A stretch of 64,000 nt of DNA from positions 37,807 to 101,806 of the IMG/VR virus record IMGVR_UViG_3300045988_161046; one strand, written 5' to 3'. The stretch comes from a virus. Below are positions 34,708-45,269 of the stretch, piece by piece (the stretch's first letter is position 1; each line of letters starts with the position of its first letter). A program made the translations under genes and the position numbers. The notes under the pieces were generated by a model. It did no database searches, was not told where the DNA came from, and worked only from the letters and a program-made list of their open reading frames with translations.

Positions 34708-35769
34708 CTAGATGGAGGCGAAGGGGTTGCCGTTGATACCTAGAGTGGCGGTAAAGGAAACGGAATACATATTCTTGTTGGTTTCGTCCTTGATGGTTAT
34801 CTCATCTTCAAGATTGATGATACAAGGAAACCAGGCATCATTTGCTTTCAGCCATACGTGCCCAGACATCAGGAACTCATGGAGATACCACTGCTGCCAT
34901 GCCTTGGTGAGCGGGTCACTCTGATAGAGCCAACTTTCACGATCATTCTGCTTATGAATAGCCGAACGGGAGAACTCATTGAAGGTTTCCTGAATAGCTT
35001 TCGTATATTGCGTGCTCTCGACACTCATATTCTGAGAATAGGATTTCGGAACACTGATGCTCTCCATACAACCGAAGCGGTTAATGAAACGGAAGGTGGT
35101 ACGGTCTTCAGCTTCAGAGGATGGCAGGGCATAGATAGGGTGTCCATGAATGCTCTGCGCACCCTCCTTCGTGATTTCCTGCTCCCTAGATACAGGGGCG
35201 GTCAGTGAGCTGCTGGTAGCTAAGTTCTGCCCTTCGCTATAGGAGACAGGATAAACAAAGCTCTCGCCTACAACGGCTATTTCGTGGGTATCAGTCGGTT
35301 TGCAGGAGAGAAGGGTGACAGCCTTCGTTACGCCCGATTTCAGGCGCTCTATATCGCTGAAGGCACCAGCTATGCAGCGAAGGTTGGTGCTTCCTCCATT
35401 CTTTGAGCCATCAGCTGGATAATAGACTTCGCCTACACCGGTATGCACCTCGCCGTTGTTATCCATATACTCATCGTAGGCTTTGATGTACCAGCTTACT
35501 ACCGGATAGGTAGATGGAGTAGCAGTATACTTATAGCTATCCAGCGTAATGCGGAGAGCAGAGGATATATCGAGCGATACATCTCTTTCCTCGGTGGTAA
35601 CAGGAATGGTGAGCTTATTGGTTTCGTAACTTCCCGTACCATCATCGAAATGCACCTCTACAATGACCCGATGGAAAGATGGCTTCGTAGCCAAGGAAGG
35701 GGTGATGGTAAAGGTTATCGGGTTTCCGGCAAAGACCGAACCCGATGTGAGATTGATTTTCAGTGCCAT
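34708..35769 (-). CDS. virion structural protein
   Basis: ORF track; synteny only. Confidence 0.55.
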   Translation of the reverse strand: MALKINLTSGSVFAGNPITFTITPSLATKPSFHRVIVEVHFDDGTGSYETNKLTIPVTTEERDVSLDISSALRITLDSYKYTATPSTYPVVSWYIKAYDEYMDNNGEVHTGVGEVYYPADGSKNGGSTNLRCIAGAFSDIERLKSGVTKAVTLLSCKPTDTHEIAVVGESFVYPVSYSEGQNLATSSSLTAPVSREQEITKEGAQSIHGHPIYALPSSEAEDRTTFRFINRFGCMESISVPKSYSQNMSVESTQYTKAIQETFNEFSRSAIHKQNDRESWLYQSDPLTKAWQQWYLHEFLMSGHVWLKANDAWFPCIINLEDEITIKDETNKNMYSVSFTATLGINGNPFASI

Positions 35770-35788
35770 AGTTATTCTTTTTTTTGAA

Positions 35789-35887
35789 GGGTAAAAAGGT
35801 AAAAGAGTAAAAAGGTAAAAAGAACCTTAACCGCTCTTTTGCCTTTTACTATTTTTTACCTTTTTACCTTTTTACTTTTTTACTTTT
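35789..35887. repeat. Class-B inverted pair B5 (long hairpin after ACP stop)
   Basis: gggtaaaaaggtaaaagagtaaaaaggtaaaaag ... cttttactattttttacctttttacctttttacttttttactttt. Confidence 0.8.
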
Positions 35888-36120
35888 AAAATCACAAGAT
35901 TGACTACATCAGAAACGAGTTTGCAATCTTTCGCCTCTTCCGGAGTAATCTTGATGTGGAACATCATTTCCACCTGCTGGATCATATCGAGAAAATCAAT
36001 AGACTCAAGTTCTACCTCGTCACGAAGATTAGAGTGCTCTGTTACCTCGTGTTTTACCCATTCAGTTTTCACGCTGTTCACGATGGTAATAATGCGAGAT
36101 GTTATTTCTTCTTTTTTCAT
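35872..36120 (-). CDS. acyl carrier protein
   Basis: 82 aa acidic helical protein; LESIDFLDMIQQVE matches the ACP phosphopantetheine-Ser motif (D/E)S(L/I)D. Confidence 0.7.
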   Translation of the reverse strand: MKKEEITSRIITIVNSVKTEWVKHEVTEHSNLRDEVELESIDFLDMIQQVEMMFHIKITPEEAKDCKLVSDVVNLVILKVKK

Positions 36121-36122
36121 AA

Positions 36123-37325
36123 CTATACTTTTGAAATAATAAATGAGGAGTTTGTACCGCCAAAGCCGAAGGCATTACAGAGAATATGGTGAGGGGAGTA
36201 CCACTTAGGGCGCATTACCAGGTTAAGATGAGGGAAAGCATTCTCATCGGTGGTGGCTGCATGGAACAGACGGCCATAAGCGAACATCGCTACGGCTTGC
36301 ACGGCTTGAGATACGCCCGCCATCCAACACTCGTGACCCGTCATCCCTTTTGTAGCTACTACGTTCGGACAGATAGGGAAAATTCTCTCTATTGCCTTTG
36401 CCTCGGCTTCATCGCCCATCGGTGTACCCGTAGCATGAGCAAGTACTACGTCTATCATACCTTCGTCCAATCCTGCGTCCTCGATAGCATTCAGCATCGA
36501 CACTTCTTCCTGATAGCTATCAGGGGTAGTGATGGCCTTGCCGTTTGAAGAGAAACCATAACCGGAAAGGGAAGCGAAGGAAGGCACCTTCTCTTCTTTC
36601 AATCGAAGACTATCCGATGGTTCGAGGATGATGCAGGCTGCACCACCAGATGGGGCGAGTCCGTTTCTATTCTTGCCAAACGGCTGCACCTTATCGGGTG
36701 AGAAGACACGCAGCGCATCGAATGCCTCCATGCTATAAAGTGATGTCGTTTCCTGCGTACCAACAACGATAACCATCTCGGTCTGTTTGCTATCAAGAAG
36801 CATCTTGGCAAGACCGATTGCATGGCCACCTCCTGCACAGGCCGCACTTACGGTAAGTGATAGGCCATGAATACCGAGGATAGTAGCCAGGTTCATACTG
36901 ATAGCGGAATTAAGTGTTTTGAACAGAGTTCCTGTCTCCAGGTATCTATTATTGAGATCATAATCTACATGATGAACTACCTCTCTTGTTTCGTAACACT
37001 CAGAGTCGTTACTAACGATGACAGAAACATTATGGTTCTGAAGGAAATCATCGCTTATCTTTGCTTTCCTCAAAGCTTCAAAAACGGCATCAAGTGCATA
37101 AAAACCATGTAAGGGCATACTATTGAGTTGTGTCCGAGTTAACTTTTTCGAGTAATCTCCTTTCCAACCAGTCACACGACCGCACAACTCCGAAAGATAA
37201 TGCTCTCTGATTTTGTCGTGATATAGTCCGCATTTGCCCTTGTAGAGGTTCATGGCTACTTCTCTTGTATTTCTACCCATGGCAGAAATAATACCGGTTC
37301 CGGTAATCAATATCTTTTTATCCAT
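36123..37325 (-). CDS. beta-ketoacyl-ACP synthase I/II-type (FabF/FabB-like)
   Basis: Cys-His-His triad contexts SAACAGGGH, AHATGTPMGD, KGMTGHECWMAG, plus NAFGFGGTN; its stop lies 2 nt before the ACP ATG. Confidence 0.8.
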   Translation of the reverse strand: MDKKILITGTGIISAMGRNTREVAMNLYKGKCGLYHDKIREHYLSELCGRVTGWKGDYSKKLTRTQLNSMPLHGFYALDAVFEALRKAKISDDFLQNHNVSVIVSNDSECYETREVVHHVDYDLNNRYLETGTLFKTLNSAISMNLATILGIHGLSLTVSAACAGGGHAIGLAKMLLDSKQTEMVIVVGTQETTSLYSMEAFDALRVFSPDKVQPFGKNRNGLAPSGGAACIILEPSDSLRLKEEKVPSFASLSGYGFSSNGKAITTPDSYQEEVSMLNAIEDAGLDEGMIDVVLAHATGTPMGDEAEAKAIERIFPICPNVVATKGMTGHECWMAGVSQAVQAVAMFAYGRLFHAATTDENAFPHLNLVMRPKWYSPHHILCNAFGFGGTNSSFIISKV

Positions 37326-37379
37326 TTTTATTTTCTTTTTATGTTATAAAACATATTTTCTATTTAAAAGCTTTTGCCC

Positions 37380-40184
37380 TTACAGGGCGTACACTGTTAA
37401 CTCAACCTCGCCCATTCCCGTCTTGGCATCGATGGTGGTGTTTACCTTGTCTATGAGGCATTTCATACCGCCTATATTCCACCATTCCTGCCAGTGGTTC
37501 GGTATATCGGCCACTTGCGCTACGGTGGTGGTACATCTCACCATAAACTTCTTTCTGTTTAAGAGGAAGTAAGCGTAGGGGAGGACGAAGGTATCAAAGA
37601 GGCCACGGGAGCGAACCTTCTTAACCACCTTACCATTTTTATCTACCTCATCTTTATCACAAAGTACTACATTTTGATACTTCGGATCACTCAACCACGA
37701 TGGTTCCTTGAAAGCACGTATCTTGAGTGAGAATTTTTCACCTTCGCCCGTTCCTTCCTGAATACCATTATAGTCAAATTCATTACCCATCATATCCAAT
37801 GAATCGCATGCCAGGGCATACTTACCAGATACGGTACGCCATTTGGACGTTCCGAAGTGGTCGTAATTATAATCGTAAGACTGGCGGGTAGCATCGCTAC
37901 CACCGCCTCGCATCAAAGCAACCGCATATCCCCAGCGTGAATCATCCTGCAACGGAGAGTTGCCATCATCGGTGCTCGAAGGGTCGTAGCTTTCTACGAG
38001 TGATAGTGTCTGCTGCATGTAGAAATCACAGAAAGCAGTAGAGATAGTCTGATTGATAATCTGCTCCACAAACTCATGCTCCATATCCTCATCTACATAA
38101 GCACAGAGGATAGGCTGACCGTCAGCGATAGTTACACCATATTTCTTGCCGTTGTAGGAGTCGATTGCCTCGTGAGAGCCATAGGCAGCTTCTATCTCTT
38201 TGAAATAGTTCACGTCATTAAACGGAACAGGAGTAAAATCTACCGAAATATCGTGAACGAAATCTTTGTTCTCATCACTGCAATCTCCATATTCTACACC
38301 CTTGAACTGACCTACTTCAAAGAGTACCGGTTTCAAGTCGGCTGTCGTGGTTGCATCACTATTCACTTTTACGCGATAAGCGTTGCCAGTCTTGCGGTCG
38401 ATATAGCAGTGCTTATCTCCACTACTCAGATTATGGAAGAAATCGATGTAGTCGAGATTGTAGACCGTGGAATTATCGCCACTATCGGGCGCAGGGTAAT
38501 CGATGTAGTCGTAATCGGTAGAGTAACCCATATTCTTGTTTCTACGGCTATCGAGTACATTCTGACGCTGATCTTTTGCATCACTCTCTGCAGAATAGCG
38601 CATACGCACACCTGTAATTTTCTCTGTCACCGGAATCATTGAATGAATATTGGCATGAAATGTTCTTGCCTTATCGCCACTCTTGCGCAGCACATCACGG
38701 GTGAGATAGGCTGTTACCTTCTTTTGTTCGTAATCATACGAAAACTTGATACCAAAGGCGCTTTCCAGCGAAGAGATAATGGTGCTTACACTCTCGTCGG
38801 GGAAATTCCCGCTGTTGGCTACCATATTGAGCACGTTCGCCTGAACATTGAACTTGCTGATTTTAGCCTCGATGCTGATACCGGTTACCTTGCCGCCATC
38901 ATCGCGTACCTCACCTACCTGCACATGCTCGGTCGTACCCTCTGGTGTACGGAGGGTCAACTCCTGCACATCCTTATCCTCGGCTTTCACGATATTAATC
39001 TTTCCACCGCAACCGCGGCTTTCGAGCCATGAATTGATATGCTCCTGACTTTGAAAATAACCTGTCTTTATTTCACCAGCTTTCTTCTTCTTGGCGATGA
39101 CTTCGGCATCAGTTTCGCTGTAATAAGTACCATGATGAGGATGTTGAATGGTATCGTAGCTGCATACGGTCGTGAAGAAGCAGAGGTGTTTCAAATCCTC
39201 TATCTCCATTAATGCCTTCTTGTCGAATGTAACACCAAGATAGTCAAAGAGGCAATCGAGGAAATAAAGCACATAGAAGCAGATACCAGACTGCGGGCGT
39301 TTTGCATCCAATACCCAATAAGGATAAAGGTCTTCATTCGTCCAGGTACAATCCTTCATGCTGATAATGCCGCTATCAGTTTTTTTTCCTTCTTCGTCCA
39401 AACCATGATGTTTATAACAGATACGTGCGTTGCAATAAGAAGCGGCTCTACCCGCGCCGTCGGTTTCACCATAGGCTGCGGCGGTATTGATGTAGTTTCC
39501 GTTACTAGCGATGGCAGGCTCATTTACAATGTGGTTCTGGGGATAGGAGCGCTCTGACATAATCTTAGCATCTCCTTTTTTGTGATGGGTGCCTGTAGTA
39601 GTCCATTCCACGCAATTAGCAGGATAAGAGAAACCGAGTGCCTGCGGTTCGAGAACCTTGCTTACGCTTACGTGGGCGGCTCTGATTTCGTGGATTTCCG
39701 TCTTATCATCCTTATGCTTACCTCCGGTAACAAAAACATTTACCTTTACCACAGGGTCGCTCTCTATATCCACCCTCACATTACCTATCTTCTCGCCGAT
39801 GATAATCTGGTCCTTGACCGGAATATCACGACATTGCAGGTCGCTGATAAGCTCGCTGAAACTCTGGGTGCTGGCATCGATGTTCATACTGAGGGAATCG
39901 GTTATCTCCTCATCGTCCTGCATGACCAAGGTACCGCTGCGGAATGGCAGTCCGTCGGCATGAATGCGGGTAGGCAGGTGCTCCATGTTTACGGCTTTTA
40001 CCGCTGCATGCACGTCTTCTATGTTCTTTACCAGCCAGCGGTTGCCATCTAGCGGAATAGAGAAAGGATAGGAGAACATTTCCGTATCGTTGAACACAGG
40101 GTTCTGGTCCTCTATATCTATAGAGAAATCATCGGGCAAAGCTACCGGCTTGTCATTGATTAATATCGTAAGATGCGAGTTCAT
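37380..40184 (-). CDS. large (934 aa) tail/baseplate structural protein
   Basis: ORF track; size and synteny only. Confidence 0.55.
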   Translation of the reverse strand: MNSHLTILINDKPVALPDDFSIDIEDQNPVFNDTEMFSYPFSIPLDGNRWLVKNIEDVHAAVKAVNMEHLPTRIHADGLPFRSGTLVMQDDEEITDSLSMNIDASTQSFSELISDLQCRDIPVKDQIIIGEKIGNVRVDIESDPVVKVNVFVTGGKHKDDKTEIHEIRAAHVSVSKVLEPQALGFSYPANCVEWTTTGTHHKKGDAKIMSERSYPQNHIVNEPAIASNGNYINTAAAYGETDGAGRAASYCNARICYKHHGLDEEGKKTDSGIISMKDCTWTNEDLYPYWVLDAKRPQSGICFYVLYFLDCLFDYLGVTFDKKALMEIEDLKHLCFFTTVCSYDTIQHPHHGTYYSETDAEVIAKKKKAGEIKTGYFQSQEHINSWLESRGCGGKINIVKAEDKDVQELTLRTPEGTTEHVQVGEVRDDGGKVTGISIEAKISKFNVQANVLNMVANSGNFPDESVSTIISSLESAFGIKFSYDYEQKKVTAYLTRDVLRKSGDKARTFHANIHSMIPVTEKITGVRMRYSAESDAKDQRQNVLDSRRNKNMGYSTDYDYIDYPAPDSGDNSTVYNLDYIDFFHNLSSGDKHCYIDRKTGNAYRVKVNSDATTTADLKPVLFEVGQFKGVEYGDCSDENKDFVHDISVDFTPVPFNDVNYFKEIEAAYGSHEAIDSYNGKKYGVTIADGQPILCAYVDEDMEHEFVEQIINQTISTAFCDFYMQQTLSLVESYDPSSTDDGNSPLQDDSRWGYAVALMRGGGSDATRQSYDYNYDHFGTSKWRTVSGKYALACDSLDMMGNEFDYNGIQEGTGEGEKFSLKIRAFKEPSWLSDPKYQNVVLCDKDEVDKNGKVVKKVRSRGLFDTFVLPYAYFLLNRKKFMVRCTTTVAQVADIPNHWQEWWNIGGMKCLIDKVNTTIDAKTGMGEVELTVYAL

Positions 40185-40191
40185 ATTCTGA

Positions 40192-40227
40192 TTTTTTACC
40201 TTTTTACCTTTTTACTTTTTTACCTTT
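40192..40227 (-). repeat. Class-B array B6, leader of 37380-40184
   Basis: ttttttacctttttacctttttacttttttaccttt. Confidence 0.8.
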
Positions 40228-40238
40228 AAATAGCCTTT

Positions 40239-40892
40239 TTACCCTCTTAACATTATCTGTGCACTATCGTACAAATCTATGAGTCGATCGGTAAAAGTTT
40301 CGATGGTTGCCGTGCCAAAGGCATTGATTTTCTGATGCCCATGGTCGTGAAGGGTGCCATCGGTAATGAAGACTACACTCTGGTCGTAGCTCTCTGCCTC
40401 GCTGCCCGTCACCAGGTGGGCATAGTTTCGGGCGATACCGTAACCTGCCTTGATGGTTGCCTTGCTGCCATCCAATAACTCTATCTTGCAGCCTTCATTC
40501 ATTACGAGGGCGGTAGCGGCATTATGAAGGATGACGTGCGCCTTGCCGAGGACGTATATCTTTCGGGAGGAGTAGAGATGTATCACCTCGTCTGTATCGC
40601 CCACAAGGACGGTTCCGGTAGGCGAATCTTCGTTGTAGAAGATGCCACCCTGATTTATATCTGCCTTGAACTCCGGATATACGGCTTTGAAGGCATCGAT
40701 TACCTGCTGCGGTACCTCGGTGATTAAGCCATGCCAGTACTTGCGCCACGCCTCGCACATATCCGGAATGCTCTGCGTGCTTTTGAAGGCATGCTGGGAT
40801 TCCTGGCAGTTCCCGCTCTGGGCGAGGATATTGACGCAAAGGGTTTTAAAACGCTGCGTGCGCTGTTCTTGGGTTTCTTTATTCTTTGCCAT
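40239..40892 (-). CDS. hypothetical virion-module protein
   Basis: ORF track. Confidence 0.6.
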   Translation of the reverse strand: MAKNKETQEQRTQRFKTLCVNILAQSGNCQESQHAFKSTQSIPDMCEAWRKYWHGLITEVPQQVIDAFKAVYPEFKADINQGGIFYNEDSPTGTVLVGDTDEVIHLYSSRKIYVLGKAHVILHNAATALVMNEGCKIELLDGSKATIKAGYGIARNYAHLVTGSEAESYDQSVVFITDGTLHDHGHQKINAFGTATIETFTDRLIDLYDSAQIMLRG

Positions 40893-40917
40893 TGCTTTTT
40901 TCTTTTTATTTATATGG

Positions 40918-40954
40918 CAAAGATAGGGGGTTTTTTCTTATTAGGGGGGACATA
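40918..40954 (-). promoter_or_regulatory. Class-II promoter (TATGTCCCC, 25-nt gap, TATCTTTG)
   Basis: Upstream of ATG 40892. Confidence 0.5.
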
Positions 40955-40963
40955 AAAAAAGAA

Positions 40964-40994
40964 CCCAGCGATTGAATCGCTGGGAACGGGGGCG
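40964..40994 (+). repeat. Class-A hairpin element copy 5
   Basis: cccagcgattgaatcgctgggaacgggggcg. Confidence 0.9.
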
Positions 40995-41002
40995 AGATGG
41001 AA

Positions 41003-42115
41003 TTATGCTTCGGGATCCTCTTTGGCTTCTTCTATAGTCTTTGTGAGAATAGCTTCATAGCCGGAAAGCTCCTCTTCGGTCACGATGTCAGAGTAATCCT
41101 GGCGAAGTTGGTCTATGCGCTCCTTGATGCCTTTCACTCTCGTCTGGGTAGATGGCTTATCCTTGCGAAGGATATACTTGATGCGGGCATCGGCTTCTGC
41201 CTTGTGCTTGGCGGCTGCATCACGGGCTGCCTTTACTTCCGGACGATCGTTGGCTATCTTCTCGGCTACCTGCTCGGCAAAATGAGGGTCACGAGACTGC
41301 GCCTTCTCATAGAACGGCTTGAACTGGGTGCGGAGGGTCTGAGGGTCGATAGTAAAGGCTTTCTTTGCATAGGCGATATACTCAGGGTCTCCGGTCTTCT
41401 CGCTCAGTCGCAGGTAACACTCACCCATCTCTCTATCTACTGCCTTAAATATCTCCGGAAGAATATCGCTTTCGATTTCTACGGCTCTTGTGGCGAGAGC
41501 GGCAATCTCATCCTCGGTATAGATGGCGCTTTTGCCTTGTGAGATGGCTTTCTCGTTGGCTTCTGCCACCGTCTTAGCCTGCTCTGCTTTACTTGCCATC
41601 TCGTTGCGGAGTTCACACACGGTGTTCACCTGCTCCTGAAGGGCTGTAGAGAGGAACGGGCGCAACTGCATCAGGTTTGGCATTGTGGCAGCGATACTTT
41701 CGCCATTAGGGTTGGCTACGATACCGTTGTAAGTGAGTGGCTGCAGGGTGGTGTCCGGTTTCAGGCTAGGGAAGAGAGACTGCTTCGCCTCTTCCAGGGC
41801 TTTCTGCTTCTGAAGTTCTGCATAGGCAGCCTGTTCCTGCTTGGTAGGTCGGCCAACACGCCGCTTGTCGGTAGCAGATGATGCAGCGTTGACTTGAGAG
41901 TTGCTGTAGCTGTTGAGATAGGCTATCATCTGTCGGGTACGGCGATGATAATCTTTAAACTTGCGAGAGTTCTCAATAAACGAACGTGCGTTACTTGCAC
42001 CTTCCAGTAGAGACAATCCCTGCTCATAGGCATCTTTCTGTTCCTGAGTAAGCATTCTTGCGCCGATAGCTGGCTTCAAGATACTGATGATTTCCTGTAA
42101 AGATAAATTTTCCAT
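41003..42115 (-). CDS. hypothetical helical protein (virion module)
   Basis: ORF track. Confidence 0.6.
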   Translation of the reverse strand: MENLSLQEIISILKPAIGARMLTQEQKDAYEQGLSLLEGASNARSFIENSRKFKDYHRRTRQMIAYLNSYSNSQVNAASSATDKRRVGRPTKQEQAAYAELQKQKALEEAKQSLFPSLKPDTTLQPLTYNGIVANPNGESIAATMPNLMQLRPFLSTALQEQVNTVCELRNEMASKAEQAKTVAEANEKAISQGKSAIYTEDEIAALATRAVEIESDILPEIFKAVDREMGECYLRLSEKTGDPEYIAYAKKAFTIDPQTLRTQFKPFYEKAQSRDPHFAEQVAEKIANDRPEVKAARDAAAKHKAEADARIKYILRKDKPSTQTRVKGIKERIDQLRQDYSDIVTEEELSGYEAILTKTIEEAKEDPEA

Positions 42116-42245
42116 AAATCCTTGTTGTTGTTATTTATTTGAAAATTAAGAATATTTTTTGCCTGTTTTAGGCTTGATTCCAGATTAAACGTCAAATTAA
42201 GCGGTTTTTGAAACGCTTGATATGACATTAATGCGGAAATAAGTC

Positions 42246-43409
42246 TTAGCACAGGATAGGAGTAACGAAGATACGAGAACCTTTTTGGTTGTTGTCGTAA
42301 CCTTCGCTGCCACCTTTGTTATCCGATGATGAAACAATGGAGGCGTTACTCATCGATGATGAAGAGGTACTGCCTTCTACGGCACTCTCAGCTTTGACTG
42401 CATCGAGTTTGGCTTGCTTCTCGGCTTCCTCTTTCTTCAGCAACCGATGAATGCTTTCCCTTACGGTGATGACATCATTGTGCGCTGTGGAGCGGGTCAA
42501 TTTATCAAAATTGATAACTGATGTACGCTCCTTGAGATAGGCGGCTACAAGCTGGCGTGCCTTCTTCAGCATCTTGTCGTTCTCATCGGCTTGCAGGAGA
42601 CGAGGAATGAAGTCTTCGCCAAAAGCTTCTTCCAGATACTCGCTCTGAATGAAAAGCATATCTGGGATGAGACGGACGAACTTATCTCTGTTGCCGTAAA
42701 TATCAAGATATGGCTGCAAAGACTCGCAGGTAGGGAAAAGCAGATTCCGATGATAGTAATAGTACTTGCTCTCCTGCCAAAGGGTTACGATTTTCTCTAT
42801 CGCTTCATGCTGCTTTGCCTCGGTTTCAGCTGCATTATCTTTGCCGCTATCGGTTCCTTCATCTGTTCCTTCAGATGAGGAACCCTGGTTACTGCCATCT
42901 GAAGGGGTGCTGCCTTCTACACCATCGCCCGCTGTATCGATAGGCATAGGGGTATTCACTTCCTTTGCCCATCCCTCCAAGAGGGAAAGCAGGTTATTGA
43001 GCGAGGTCATTGCTGACTGGCGATAGCTTTCCTTGCCTTGAGCAATCTGCTTGTCGGTGGCTACGGCATAGTCGTTGCTGGAGGCTACGTTGATACCGGA
43101 GCCATTCACAGAAAGGGCTTGCTTCTCGATGTTCTGCGCCATCGCATCATTCACAATCATGCGCTGGGCTAAAAGCAGAAGCTCATTCCATGGGTCGTTG
43201 ACGTAGGTACCATCAGCAACCGCATCGCAGAAGACTGAGGGTTCTATGCTCGCATACTGCTTGCAGAGACGGTCGTATAGGGATGCTCCCAAGCGAGGCT
43301 TCAAAAAGTCCTTTTCGCTGTTGTCGAGCATACCCTGCAGGTTGGCTACATCGTCCACGGCATTGCTGGGGAGATGGAGCCTAAGTTCTTGATTCGTAAA
43401 GAGTATCAT
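42246..43409 (-). CDS. hypothetical protein (possible head-tail connector/adaptor)
   Basis: ORF track; follows the portal gene. Confidence 0.5.
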   Translation of the reverse strand: MILFTNQELRLHLPSNAVDDVANLQGMLDNSEKDFLKPRLGASLYDRLCKQYASIEPSVFCDAVADGTYVNDPWNELLLLAQRMIVNDAMAQNIEKQALSVNGSGINVASSNDYAVATDKQIAQGKESYRQSAMTSLNNLLSLLEGWAKEVNTPMPIDTAGDGVEGSTPSDGSNQGSSSEGTDEGTDSGKDNAAETEAKQHEAIEKIVTLWQESKYYYYHRNLLFPTCESLQPYLDIYGNRDKFVRLIPDMLFIQSEYLEEAFGEDFIPRLLQADENDKMLKKARQLVAAYLKERTSVINFDKLTRSTAHNDVITVRESIHRLLKKEEAEKQAKLDAVKAESAVEGSTSSSSMSNASIVSSSDNKGGSEGYDNNQKGSRIFVTPILC

Positions 43410-43416
43410 ATCCTTA

Positions 43417-43453
43417 TTTTTTTACCTTTTTACTTTTTTACTTTTTTACCTTT
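43417..43453 (-). repeat. Class-B array B7, between portal stop and next ATG
   Basis: tttttttacctttttacttttttacttttttaccttt. Confidence 0.8.
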
Positions 43454-45269
43454 AAGAGACCTCTTGTTTCGCCACTCCGGTCTTCGAGTTATCGAGGGTA
43501 GTCAATACCTCCCGGTCAACCTGCCATACCAGGTGCTCGTCCCAATCGTTGAAGCGGCTCAAGACTTCCAGCGGGCGTATCATCAACTGCTGCAATGGGG
43601 CAAACTGAATCTGCTTGACCAGGAAACGCTCTCTCAGGTCGGTACCGCCAGAGGACGCTGTATCACCAGGGGTGTTGCCGATGAGCTTTGCATCGAGACC
43701 CATGGCAAAGAAGATGATGCTGCTTATTTCCTGTAACTCGGTCTTGTCGGCATTCGCCTGATCATTTGCCTTGGTTTCGATTTCCACGATTTCCCAAGCC
43801 TTGTGCTCCTTTCCGTCGCTTCCCGTAAAGGCAGAAGAGATGAGTGCCTGACCTGCATTATCAGGGTTGGCGAGCCATGTATTGATGGAAGTGAAGATTT
43901 CATTCTGAATCTCACCCTGGGTTTTCTTTTTCTTCTCACCCTGCTGCTGATAGAGCCTGCTGATATAGTCCTGGTGGATATAGATGACACGACCGATGAT
44001 GTTGCTGTTGCGCTTTCGGGTGAGGCGGTCATCTACGATGGTGAAGGCATATTCAAAGATGCTGCCGGCAAAGATGGAGTGCCAAAGGGCATCGGCATAA
44101 TACGGACCACCGAAATCACGTGGCGACATGATGAAGCGGGTAGGGCGTTTCTTGCGGCTTACCTGCTTCTGACGTGCCTCACGTATCTTGCGCTGCAAAT
44201 CCTTTACGGCTGATGTGGTAGGGAGATAAGGGATAGCCGCTATCTTGCGGTCTTCCTCCTTCTGCACACCGACGTATTGGGTTGGGTCGAGCCACTGGTT
44301 GCTGACGTAGGCATAGTTGATGCGGTAGTTCTCGTCCATTCGTTCCAGTCGGGTGGTGAAAATACTGCGATGCTTCAGACCGATTACCTTCGGGGTCCAT
44401 TGAGCGGTAGGAACAGCCTTGCCGTTTTCGTCGAGGGAACGCTGATTAAGCTGAAGTTCTACAAAGCATTGTGACATCAGAGCCATATCTCCTGCCAGGT
44501 CGAGGAAGGTCTGCATCAGGTCGTTATTCTCTATGAAATCACGAAGCTGGGTATTGGTTTCTTCCCATTTGTGGAGGGCTTCTTTCAGAGATTTCATCTC
44601 CTCGCTTTCCTCTTCATCGGAGGATAAGACCTGCGATGAAATCGCAGGGAACGGAGTCTCCTCTTGCTGAGACTGCCCGTTCTGGCTCTGCTGCTCGCTC
44701 TGGCGCTTGGCTTCGGCGGCTGCCTCTTCCTTGGCTTTGAGGTCGGCTATCTGACCACGGAGCAGAACTCCTGCACTCTCGTAGGGGATATATTTCTCTG
44801 TGATGTTTCCGCCTACATACTGGGTATAGTGATACTTTGGGGCGGGACCGCGACCTACCAGTATCTTCTTGATGTAATCAACTCCTGCTGCCGTAAAGGG
44901 CGACATACGGGAGAGCATCCAGATAAGGTTTGGCAGTCGGTTGGACATACCCCATTCCATAAAGCCTAAGCCTTCGGTACCTACGTCTTTCGGTTTACCC
45001 ATGTTCTCGCCGCCACTTGATGCAAAGATTGTGGAGACTTGCTGACGTGCTGCAGAACCGCTTGCGTCGCCACCGCTTGCCGACATACCGGCTGTGGTCA
45101 GGAGCATGCTGTGAACGTAGTCGTTCCAGGAGAAGACTTTACCGCCACCATTCTTAAGCGGCGTAAAGGCATCCGGGCGAACGGCTACATAGCCTGCATC
45201 TTTCAGTTCCTCACTACGCTGTTGGAGCTGCTGCAGGTTGGTTACTCTGTTTCTGTTTTTGCTTGCCAT
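43452..45269 (-). CDS. portal protein
   Basis: 605 aa; C-terminal region ...IIFFAMGLDAKLIGNTPGDTASSGGTDLRERFLVKQIQFAPLQQLMIRPLEVL resembles the conserved portal core. Confidence 0.55.
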   Translation of the reverse strand: MASKNRNRVTNLQQLQQRSEELKDAGYVAVRPDAFTPLKNGGGKVFSWNDYVHSMLLTTAGMSASGGDASGSAARQQVSTIFASSGGENMGKPKDVGTEGLGFMEWGMSNRLPNLIWMLSRMSPFTAAGVDYIKKILVGRGPAPKYHYTQYVGGNITEKYIPYESAGVLLRGQIADLKAKEEAAAEAKRQSEQQSQNGQSQQEETPFPAISSQVLSSDEEESEEMKSLKEALHKWEETNTQLRDFIENNDLMQTFLDLAGDMALMSQCFVELQLNQRSLDENGKAVPTAQWTPKVIGLKHRSIFTTRLERMDENYRINYAYVSNQWLDPTQYVGVQKEEDRKIAAIPYLPTTSAVKDLQRKIREARQKQVSRKKRPTRFIMSPRDFGGPYYADALWHSIFAGSIFEYAFTIVDDRLTRKRNSNIIGRVIYIHQDYISRLYQQQGEKKKKTQGEIQNEIFTSINTWLANPDNAGQALISSAFTGSDGKEHKAWEIVEIETKANDQANADKTELQEISSIIFFAMGLDAKLIGNTPGDTASSGGTDLRERFLVKQIQFAPLQQLMIRPLEVLSRFNDWDEHLVWQVDREVLTTLDNSKTGVAKQEVS

